Of a stretch of 29,094 nt of DNA, positions 1 through 8,100 are shown in pieces (the stretch's first letter is position 1; the number at the start of each line of letters is the position of its first letter). Location of the stretch: the NCBI GenBank assembly GCA_964498815.1, contig CAZCKI010000001.1:1-29094 (forward strand), given 5' to 3'. The position numbers were made by a program, and so were the translations under genes. A model generated the notes under the pieces. It was not told the origin of the DNA. It worked only from the letters and a program-made list of their open reading frames with translations, and did no database searches. The DNA comes from an uncultured Burkholderiales bacterium (GTDB lineage Bacteria > Pseudomonadota > Gammaproteobacteria > Burkholderiales > Usitatibacteraceae).

Positions 1-87
1 GACGGCAAGGAAGAATCGCACGACTCGCCCAAGACCAAGGACGAAGCCGACATCAAGAACCTGGTCCGCTGGATCCTCAGCCGCTGA
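1..87 (+). CDS. mtoD: C-terminal fragment of a class I monoheme cytochrome c, MtoD-like (5' end outside window)
   Basis: Frame 1 reads DGKEESHDSPKTKDEADIKNLVRWILSR*. The '..IKNLVRWILS' terminal helix is typical of c551/c552-type cytochromes, and His sits where the distal Met normally is. It lies directly upstream of NapC/NirT-mtoA-mtoB. The CxxCH motif is not in the window, so the call is contextual. Confidence 0.6.
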   Translation, partial: DGKEESHDSPKTKDEADIKNLVRWILSR

Positions 88-119
88 CATCGACCCGCTA
101 ACCGACCGAGGACGCCGCC

Positions 120-719
120 ATGTTCAAAACCATCTGGACCGCTTTCCGGGAAAAATATCCGACTCGCATCAAGGCATTTCTGGTGTTCGGTGTGGCCATG
201 GTCGGCGTCATCTTCGCTTCGGCCTTGCTGATGACGGCGGGCGCCGCCGGCCTCGCCTGGACCAATACCGAAGAGTTCTGCACCGGTTGTCACGAAATGC
301 GCGACAACGTCTATGCCGAATACAAGGGCACCATCCACGACACCAACCGCACCGGCGTGCGCGCCATCTGCCCCGATTGCCACGTGCCGCGCCAGCCGGT
401 CGATCTGATCAAGCGCAAGATGGCCGCCAGCTTCGAGCTGTGGGGCCACTTCACCGGTGTGATCGACACCAAGGAGAAGTTCGAAGCCGAACGTCCCAAG
501 CTCGCGCAGCACGTCTGGGCGCGCATGAAAAAAACCGATTCGCTCGAATGCCGCAACTGCCATCACGCGGAAAGGATGAATTCGGAATTGCAATCGGACA
601 AGGCCAAGGCGCGCCACGCCAAGGGCAAGGCGGAGGGCAAGACCTGCATCGATTGCCACTTCGGCATCGCCCACAAGGAACCGTCGGGTCCGGGGCCCGG
701 GGAGATGAAGCTTGACTAA
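120..719 (+). CDS. cymA: NapC/NirT-family membrane-anchored tetraheme cytochrome c (CymA/ImoA-like quinol/quinone oxidoreductase)
   Basis: One N-terminal TM helix and four heme motifs: CTGCH(EM), CPDCH, CRNCH, CIDCH. Family motifs TNTEEFC and CHFGIAH are present. Confidence 0.93.
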   Translation: MFKTIWTAFREKYPTRIKAFLVFGVAMVGVIFASALLMTAGAAGLAWTNTEEFCTGCHEMRDNVYAEYKGTIHDTNRTGVRAICPDCHVPRQPVDLIKRKMAASFELWGHFTGVIDTKEKFEAERPKLAQHVWARMKKTDSLECRNCHHAERMNSELQSDKAKARHAKGKAEGKTCIDCHFGIAHKEPSGPGPGEMKLD

Positions 720-724
720 TTTTT

Positions 725-753
725 AACCGGTGCGCGTTGTGCAACCGGTTTTT
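725..753 (+). other. Intergenic stem-loop between the tetraheme and decaheme genes (weak terminator or mRNA-stabilising hairpin)
   Basis: aaccggtgc (725-733) pairs with gcaaccggtt (741-750) with one bulge, followed by a short T run. Confidence 0.3.
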
Positions 754-774
754 GCTTCAAAGAGAGGAACGAGA

Positions 775-1833
775 ATGAAGACGAATCGAATCAACTCTCA
801 ATTGTTGCGCATGATCGTCGCGCTACTCGCCGCTGTCCTGTTGTACCTGCCGATGGCGGGCGCCGAAGAGGCCGCTGTCAAGCCGGCCGTCGTCAAGGCC
901 GACCTGGTGCTGCGCGGCGACGCCAAATGCACCAAGTGCCACGATGCCGGTGACGATTACCCGGTGCTGGCGATCGGCCAGACCCGCCACGGCGTCAAGG
1001 CCGACGGCCGTACTCCTACCTGCACCAGTTGCCACGGCGAAAGCGACAAGCACATCAACAAGCCGGATGGCGCCAAGGAGCGTCCGCACCCCGACGTGGT
1101 GTTCAAGGGGACTTCCAAATCTCAGACGGCCGCCATCAACGGCGCCTGCCTCTCCTGTCACGAAGCCGGCAATCGCACGCATTGGGCAGGCAGCCGGCAC
1201 GAGACTACCGATGTGCCCTGCAGCAGTTGCCACGCCGTGCACACGCCACACGACAGGGTCCTGGCAAAAGCTTCGCAGCCGGAGGTGTGTTTTTCGTGCC
1301 ACAAGACCGAGCGTGGACAGACGCATCGCGTCTCGACCCATCCTATCGCCGCCGGCAAAGTCGGCTGTTCGGACTGCCACAATCCGCACGGTTCGACCGG
1401 TCCCAAACTGCTGGTGAAGAATTCGGTCAACGAAACCTGCTTCACTTGCCATGCCGAAAAACGCGGCCCGTTTCTTTGGGAGCATCCTTCGGCCAGCGAC
1501 GATTGCATGAACTGCCATACGCCGCACGGCTCCACCAATCCTCCATTGCTCAGGGCGCGTACGCCGTGGCTGTGCCAGGAATGTCATGGTGATGGAGCGC
1601 CGCATCCGGGCAATGTGTACAGCGCGGCCAGTCTTCCCGGCGGTGCCGCCGCCAATGTCAACGCTACCGGCGGCGTTTCCGGCACGACGCAACTCGGCCG
1701 GATCAATCCATTGACCGGGGCAAAGATCACCCAGAACAATCCGCCCGCGCAGCTCGCGTACCGTGGCTGCGTCAATTGTCATTCACAGGTTCACGGCTCC
1801 AATCATCCCGCGGGGAACCGCTTCCTGCGCTGA
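775..1833 (+). CDS. mtoA: Periplasmic decaheme cytochrome c, DmsE/MtrA/MtoA/PioA family
   Basis: Ten CxxCH motifs (CTKCH, CTSCH, CLSCH, CSSCH, CFSCH, CSDCH, CFTCH, CMNCH, CQECH, CVNCH), family motifs EKRGPFLWEH and VHGSNHP, and a signal peptide. ATG 775 with SD gagagga upstream is preferred over GTG 730. Confidence 0.95.
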   Translation: MKTNRINSQLLRMIVALLAAVLLYLPMAGAEEAAVKPAVVKADLVLRGDAKCTKCHDAGDDYPVLAIGQTRHGVKADGRTPTCTSCHGESDKHINKPDGAKERPHPDVVFKGTSKSQTAAINGACLSCHEAGNRTHWAGSRHETTDVPCSSCHAVHTPHDRVLAKASQPEVCFSCHKTERGQTHRVSTHPIAAGKVGCSDCHNPHGSTGPKLLVKNSVNETCFTCHAEKRGPFLWEHPSASDDCMNCHTPHGSTNPPLLRARTPWLCQECHGDGAPHPGNVYSAASLPGGAAANVNATGGVSGTTQLGRINPLTGAKITQNNPPAQLAYRGCVNCHSQVHGSNHPAGNRFLR

Positions 1834-1861
1834 ACGACAGACCGAGTCAAGGAGAACGCAC

Positions 1862-4273
1862 ATGAACACCCTTTCCAGCCAACGCAAGGTTCGCGCACCG
1901 GCGCTTACTCTGATCGGCGCCGCCATCGCTCTCATTTGCGCCTCGCAGGCCCATGGCGCCGATTCGGATGAGGACGCAGTCCGGGACTTGGCGCAACGGG
2001 CGAGCCAAGCCGAAATCGGCGTCGGCAATGTCAGCAAGAGTTCCGCGAAGTTCGGCGAGTACAACGCACTCAACAAAAGCGGTACATACACCTTGGGCAA
2101 TTTTCAGATTTACGGCCCAGGCGATGACGGCAGCGCCTATCGCTGGCGCATCATCGGCAAGGATCTCGGAACCGACAATCGGAGCGCGCTCGGGGATGCC
2201 GGTGTCCAGGGCTTGTGGCGCGTCAACTTCAGCTACGACGAGTTCAAGCGAAATTACTCCGATACTTACAAGACGCTGTGGCAGGGCGCGGGGACCACCA
2301 CGCTGGCGTTGCCCTCGGCCTACCCGGCGGCCGCTACCAGGTTATCGGTAACCAATAGCGCCGGCGGCATCCTGGCCAACTGGAACAACATCCAGTCGCC
2401 GAATGCCACGTCGACCTCTACCGGCGACGGGCCGGGCTATCTCATCCCCAGCCTGATGCGCGATTTCGCCGTCGGCAGCGAGCGCAAGAAAACCGGGATT
2501 GGCGCCAGCATCGTCCTCAATTCGCAATGGGACTTGAGGCTCTCCGCCAAGCAGGAAGACCGCACCGGTACCAAACTGACCGGCGTCAATATGGGCCGGT
2601 TCTCCGGCGTGAGTTCCATTCTGCCGGAGCCGCTGTCGAGTACCACCAACCAGTTCGAAGCCGTGCTGGCGTTCAAGGGTGACAAGGGGCATTTCAGCCT
2701 CGGCTACTACGGCTCGTTCTTCAAGAACGATATCAACCTCTGGACCGTGGAAAGCGCCGGCGCAAACAACGCCGTGATCAACAATCTCGCCAGGCTGGGC
2801 AGCCCGCCCGACAATGAAATGCAGCAGTTCAACCTGAGCGGCGGCTACAAATTCAGCCCTTCGACCAGACTCGTTGTCACGGGATCGACGGCGAGGCTCA
2901 CGCAAAACGAGACCTTTGTCGCTGCCCCGACCGGTTCCACCTGGGTCTTGCCCGCCAATTCCGCCGACGCCAAGGTCATCAACACCTACTTTCAGGCAAA
3001 AATCTCTTCCCGCCTGCTGCCGAAGCTGAACGTCAACGCCTCGTACAAATATGAGGATCGGGATAACAAGACACCGATACGCAATTTCTTGACAACCGGG
3101 GGCGATTCGCCAGGTGCCTCCACGCAATTCACCAACGAGCCGCTCAACCGCAGATTGCAGCAGTTCAACCTCGATGGCGATTATTCGCTGGGTTACGGTA
3201 AGGCAGTGCGCGCGGAGTTTGAGCGCCAGGAAATACGGCGCACCGCAAGAGGCGACGAAACGCCGTTTCGCGCCGACAAGACACACGAGAACATCGTGCG
3301 GCTGGAATTTCGCAGCACGCTCGGCGACAGCCTGACCGGGCGCGTTTCATATGCTTATTCCGAACGCAGGGTTTCGGATTACGAGGAAGGCAATCCGCGG
3401 CCTACCAGCCCGCTGGCGCCGTTGCCGGCGGCGGACCCGCTCCTCACCGGCTTCGAGCAGTTTTTCCTCGCCGATCGCAATCGGGACAAGCTGCGCAGCT
3501 CGCTCAACTTCGATGCCGGCGAAAAAGCGTCGATCCAGGCGGGCCTGGACTACAACAAGGATAACTATGCCAACTCGCCGTTTGGGCTGAAAAAATCAGA
3601 GAGCTGGGTGTTCAGTGTGGACGGCAGCGTTATCGCCAGTGACGCTTTGTCGGTCAACGGGTTCCTCACCTACGAAGACATGAAGAATCGGCTGGAAAGC
3701 CTCGCCATCGCCCGCGGCCTGACCACGACCACGCTGGTGCCGCACACGTCCGGCCCACCCTGCGCGGCCTATACCAACGTGGCCAACACCCTGCCTGCCG
3801 ACTACTTCACCGACTCTTGCCGGCAGTGGACGCAGGAGCAGGCGGACAAGATCACCACGGTCGGTTTCGGTTTCAAGTACAAGGGGCTGCTGGCCGGCAA
3901 ACTCGATCTGCAAGGGGACCTGGCCTACTCGCGCGCGAAGACGCCCATCAGCGTCACCGGTGGAACGTACTACAACAACGGCATTCCCAATTCACCGACC
4001 GGTAACGTCTATATTCCCGCGCAGTCGTTCCCGGACGTCAGCAGCGAGATGACCGATATTCGCCTGGCGGGCACCTATAGTCTCGACAAGTGGTCGGCGG
4101 TGCGGGTCAGCTATATGAACCGCCGGCTGAAGTCCTCCGACTGGGCGTACGATGCCTATACGAATTCGCAACTGGGGGTGCTGGCCGTGCAGGGCTACCT
4201 TGGACCCGGCATCGCTTCGCCGAATTACCGTGTGGATGTCATTGGCGTTACGTACATCTTCCGCTTTCGCTGA
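1862..4273 (+). CDS. mtoB: MtrB/PioB/MtoB-family outer-membrane beta-barrel (decaheme-associated porin)
   Basis: About 800 aa with a signal peptide, amphipathic beta-strand patterning, FGEYNAL and PDN..Q motifs and an aromatic C-terminus (VTYIFRFR). It directly follows the decaheme gene. ATG 1862 has SD aaggaga; the track's 1763 start overlaps mtoA. Confidence 0.93.
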   Translation: MNTLSSQRKVRAPALTLIGAAIALICASQAHGADSDEDAVRDLAQRASQAEIGVGNVSKSSAKFGEYNALNKSGTYTLGNFQIYGPGDDGSAYRWRIIGKDLGTDNRSALGDAGVQGLWRVNFSYDEFKRNYSDTYKTLWQGAGTTTLALPSAYPAAATRLSVTNSAGGILANWNNIQSPNATSTSTGDGPGYLIPSLMRDFAVGSERKKTGIGASIVLNSQWDLRLSAKQEDRTGTKLTGVNMGRFSGVSSILPEPLSSTTNQFEAVLAFKGDKGHFSLGYYGSFFKNDINLWTVESAGANNAVINNLARLGSPPDNEMQQFNLSGGYKFSPSTRLVVTGSTARLTQNETFVAAPTGSTWVLPANSADAKVINTYFQAKISSRLLPKLNVNASYKYEDRDNKTPIRNFLTTGGDSPGASTQFTNEPLNRRLQQFNLDGDYSLGYGKAVRAEFERQEIRRTARGDETPFRADKTHENIVRLEFRSTLGDSLTGRVSYAYSERRVSDYEEGNPRPTSPLAPLPAADPLLTGFEQFFLADRNRDKLRSSLNFDAGEKASIQAGLDYNKDNYANSPFGLKKSESWVFSVDGSVIASDALSVNGFLTYEDMKNRLESLAIARGLTTTTLVPHTSGPPCAAYTNVANTLPADYFTDSCRQWTQEQADKITTVGFGFKYKGLLAGKLDLQGDLAYSRAKTPISVTGGTYYNNGIPNSPTGNVYIPAQSFPDVSSEMTDIRLAGTYSLDKWSAVRVSYMNRRLKSSDWAYDAYTNSQLGVLAVQGYLGPGIASPNYRVDVIGVTYIFRFR

Positions 4274-4311
4274 CAGGATCCGGCCCCAGAGCCGGTATGC
4301 TGCGCCGATCC

Positions 4312-4354
4312 ATCCCGAAGTCCGACTGCAATTGGTTGGCTTCGGGATTTTTTC
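4312..4354 (+). terminator. Rho-independent terminator of the mto cluster
   Basis: atcccgaag (4312-4320) / cttcgggat (4340-4348) stem with an inner ccgac/gttgg extension, followed by a T tract. Confidence 0.75.
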
Positions 4355-4415
4355 TTGCCCGTCGCGCCCGGCAGCCAATGCGTTGCAAGCCGTATAGGCT
4401 GAATATCGGGCCCAA

Positions 4416-4430
4416 TGATAAAATCGCCTC
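4416..4430 (+). promoter_or_regulatory. Extended -10 promoter candidate for tRNA-Ser
   Basis: TGa-TAAAAT (4416-4424) followed by a GC-rich discriminator (cgcctc), just upstream of the tRNA. No good -35. Confidence 0.5.
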
Positions 4431-4435
4431 CCAGT

Positions 4436-4525
4436 GGAGGTGTGGCCGAGCGGTTTAAGGCACCGGTCTTGAAAACCGGCGACGGCGCAAGTCGTCCGTG
4501 AGTTCGAATCTCACCGCCTCCGCCA
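4436..4525 (+). tRNA. tRNA-Ser (anticodon TGA)
   Basis: 90-nt cloverleaf: acceptor GGAGGTG/CGCCTCC, anticodon arm CCGGT-CT TGA AA-ACCGG, long variable arm, T-arm GTGAG-TTCGAAT-CTCAC, discriminator G, encoded CCA. Confidence 0.97.
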
Positions 4526-4676
4526 GTTTTTCGCGGAGGCGAGCGAGCCAACAGTTTGGCTCGCGGGTGAGATTCGAATGGCATCGCGATGTGCCGAAGG
4601 CACCGCGTGCCGGGGTCGCGGGACGTGACCGAATCTCACCGCCTCCGCCAGTTTTTCGCGGGGGCGAGCGAGTCAA
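4505..4676 (+). repeat. 47-bp direct repeat (4505-4551 and 4630-4676, 2 mismatches) duplicating the tRNA 3' end and flank; 125-bp period
   Basis: cgaatctcaccgcctccgccagtttttcgcgg(a/g)ggcgagcgag(c/t)caa occurs twice, 125 bp apart. Confidence 0.9.
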
Positions 4677-4853
4677 TGGGGACTCACCCATATTCCGGCC
4701 CCATAGGCCGATAGCGGATTTTGATTGATTTCCCACCTGTTCGGGTGGGGACAGCAGGCTCCTGCCCGTGCTAACTTCCGCAAACTTGGGGGTGGTGTGT
4801 GCCTACCGCAGGCTTACGACTGTCCTCAGGATTTTTTAGGTAATTCGCGGTTT

Positions 4854-4871
4854 GTGTGAACTACTTCACAC
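4854..4871. promoter_or_regulatory. CRP/Clp/Vfr-type operator (TGTGA-N6-TCACA)
   Basis: gTGTGAactactTCACAc: a perfect consensus with palindromy extended to 7 bp per side. Confidence 0.75.
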
Positions 4872-4888
4872 TTTCATCCTTGCGGAAT

Positions 4889-4897
4889 TGCTAAAAT
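4889..4897 (+). promoter_or_regulatory. Extended -10 element of the putative giant-protein/Rhs operon promoter
   Basis: TGc-TAAAAT. It places +1 at about 4904 and the CRP-type box centre at -41.5. Confidence 0.55.
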
Positions 4898-5116
4898 CGC
4901 GATCGCCGAAAAGCCGCAAGATAAGCGGGCATCGGCAAAAAATAGAATATTGCTGTATTACGCGCACTGACTGATAGGGAGATTCCATGTTGTTCTGTTT
5001 GCCTTCCCGGCACGACCTGACTTGCTCCCGTTTTCCGGCTGTTTGCCGTCGCTAGACTGTTTCTCGCCACTACTTTCCCCAAGCCTTTTCCGCACCCCAT
5101 TTCCCGGACCGACGCT

Positions 5117-8100
5117 ATGCGCCTGTGTAAGCCTCTTATTGCCTGCACTTTGTTTGCAGCCACTCTCCTGTCCTTCGGCGCCGGCGCGCAGCAGTTGCCG
5201 AAAGTCACCAGCGGATTGAATTGGTTGCAAGGCAAGATCGCTGCCGACGGCAGCGTCACGGGCGAGGCGAGTGCTATCGCCACTGCGCACCAGGCACGCG
5301 TTGAAACCTACCTGACGCTCAAGCAGCTTGGCACCTCCACGGTAGCCGAGGTCGATGCGATCGGCGCGGAAGTGGATAACAACAACGAATACACCGCACG
5401 CAAGATCGTGACCTACAGCCTGGCCGGCCGCGACGCCTCGGCGTTCCTCACCCAATTGCTCGCTACCCAGAACAGCGACGGCGGCTTCGGCGCCTATGCC
5501 GGCTCGCAAAGCAATGCCCTCGATACCGCCTGGGCGCTACGCGCGTTGGCCGCTACCGGCAATACCACCGGCACCGCCACCGGCAGCGCATTGACCTACC
5601 TGCAATCGGCGCAGGGCAGCGACGGCTCGTTCGGCATCTACGACCAGCCTTCGACCTACGTCACCGCCATCGCCTTGCTGGCGATGAACAGCCTGTCGGC
5701 GCAGAACACGCTCAGCAACCCGATCACGCTCGCCAACAATTATCTCGTCAGCCAGCAGATCGCCAACGGCTCCTGGGGCAGCGTCGATCTCACCAGCCTT
5801 GTTTATCTCGCCATCCACGATTGGCAACCGGCACAACCGATCGCCACCACGCTCGCCAATTTCTTCGCCAACAGCCAGGCCGTCGACGGCAGCTGGGGCT
5901 CCGGCGACCCGTATATCACAGCCCTCGCGTTGCGCGCCTATGCGCTGACTGCGGTCGCCCCCAGCAATCCAACCCTCGGCGCCGTCACTGGCGTCATCAA
6001 GGACCAGCAGCTCGGCCTGCCGCTGCCCGGCGTCATCGTCACCCTGGTCAGCGCCACCACCTCGACCACCACCACGGCGGCCGGCGGACAATTCTCCTTC
6101 GGCAATCTCGCTCCCGGCAATTACGGGCTGCTGATTTCCCTCGCCGGCTACAGCTCCATCGGCACCGCCATCGACATCACCGCCGGGCAGACGCTCAATC
6201 TCGGCAACATCACCATGGACAAGCTCCAGGGTGGCAACGCAGTCACGATCGCCGGCACGGTGACCGATGCGGTTACGAGCGTGCCGGTAGCGGGCGCAAC
6301 CGTGTCGATCGTCGGCCAAACACTGTCTGCATTGACCGATGCCGGCGGCAACTACGAAATCACCAACGTTCCTGTCGGCACCGGTGTTTCCTCGATTACC
6401 GTGAAGGTCGTCGCCAACAGCTATCTGACCGCTCAAGTGGTGACCACCTTGGCCACTTTCGCACCGAGAGTGCTTTCCTTGCCGTTCACCCTGGTTCCCA
6501 GCGCCGGCAATGGCGCCACCACCACCATCGTCAGCGGCCATATCGTCGCCAACGCCACCGGCCTGCCGCTGGCGGGTGTCGCCGTTACCGCCTTCAGCGG
6601 CACCTTCCGCACCACTACCGACGCCAGCGGCAACTACAGCCTCAAGGTCACCCAGGGCGGCTTGACCACCCTGAGCGCGTCGCTCACCAATTTCGATACA
6701 GTCAACGTGACCATCACGATGAGCACTGGCGGCGTCCTGTTCTCGCCGCGCATGTTCGCCGCCGGCACCTCGACCACCGCTTCCAATAATACCGGCGCCA
6801 CCGGCATCGTGCTTGATGCCGCCACCAACGCGCCGCTTGCCGGCGTGACCGTGGTGGCTGCGGCCAGCAATTTCCTCACCACGGTGACCACCGGCGCCGA
6901 CGGCCGCTTCTCATTCTTCGGCCGCTATTCCGGCACCGTCAACATCACCTTTTCGCTCGCCGGCTACAACGGCCTCGCCCTCCAGACCTTTACGCCGCTG
7001 GTATCGCAATCGGACATCGGCCAGATCCGCTTGAGAAGCAACAAGACCACCTCGCTGCTGCCCGATCTCACCCTCGCCTCGGTGAGCCGCAGCGGCGCAA
7101 ACACCGACCCGCAGTCGCTGGTGTTGAGCGGCACGGTCACGGCCAACGTCGCCAATATCGGCTTCACCCCGGTGACGGCCAACGTCCAACTGCTCGCGTT
7201 TTACGACGCCAACCGCGACGGCATCTTCACTGCCGGCACCGACACGGTGCTGGGCAAGACCGTGTTGACCGGCGGCATCGGCGCCGGTGTCACCACCGCC
7301 GTGTCGATACCGGTGCAGGGGCTGCTGCCGTTCCGCGATGCGCCGATCTCGGTGTGGGTGGACAGTGCGGACAACATCCTCGAGCGCAACGAGGGCAACA
7401 ACATCAAATCGACCGCCAGTGCCGCCACTGTCATTCCCAATAAGGCAGCGTTCGCGCCGGTACTCAAGTGGCAATGGAACGGGGACCCGTTTCATTCGTT
7501 TGGCTCGATTGCGACCCCCATGGTGGGGCCGCTGGTCGACACCAACGGCGATGGCAAGGTCGACGACAAGGATATTCCTACTGTCATCATGGTTGATGCG
7601 CTCGGTATCGACAATTCCAGCGGCATCATCCGTGCGTTGTCCGGCAAAGACGGCCACGAATTATGGAACGCCAATTCGTCGGCGCTGTTCACCTCGTCCG
7701 AATCGCACCCCGCGATCGGCGATATCGACGGCGACGGCAAACCCGACGTGGTCTTCCTTCTGGCCGGGGGCGGCTCGGCTGCCCTCAACGGCAACGGCAC
7801 CCTCAAGTGGACCAGCGCCTTCCCGCCCAGATTGGCGGCGGGTCCGATCGTCATCGCCGACCTCGACGGCAACGGCCATCCCTCGATCCTGGCGCGCAAC
7901 TACATCCTCAATAACGACGGCACGCTGCGCCTGCATTTCAACGCCGCGTCCGAGACCGCGCAAGGCGCCAACCTCATTGCGCCCATCGTGGCCGACCTGG
8001 ATGGCGACGGCAAACCCGAAATCATCGTCGGCAACACGGCGGTCCACGCGGATGGCTCGCTCTATTGGCAGAACACCGCCATTCCGCAAAACTGCCGCTA

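Noticed and set aside
730-774. Longer N-termini from the ORF track (GTG 730, start 1763, GTG 15099)
   Set aside because: The downstream ATGs (775, 1862, 15153) have SD sequences and give canonical signal peptides.
823-1782. 319-aa antisense ORF over mtoA and similar ORFs over cymA and mtoB
   Set aside because: Shadow frames of clearly identified heme and porin genes.
4505-4676. CRISPR-like repeat-spacer-repeat appearance
   Set aside because: Only two copies, the repeat is a tRNA 3' end, and no cas genes or leader are present.
4729-4743. Minus-strand CGAACAGGTGGGAAA resembling part of a ZMP/ZTP riboswitch
   Set aside because: The flanking conserved elements (GACUGGCG, pairing CCACC, 3' pseudoknot) are absent.
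4800-4812. ops/JUMPstart-like GCGGTAG
   Set aside because: On the minus strand relative to the operon and only a partial match to GGCGGTAGnnTG.
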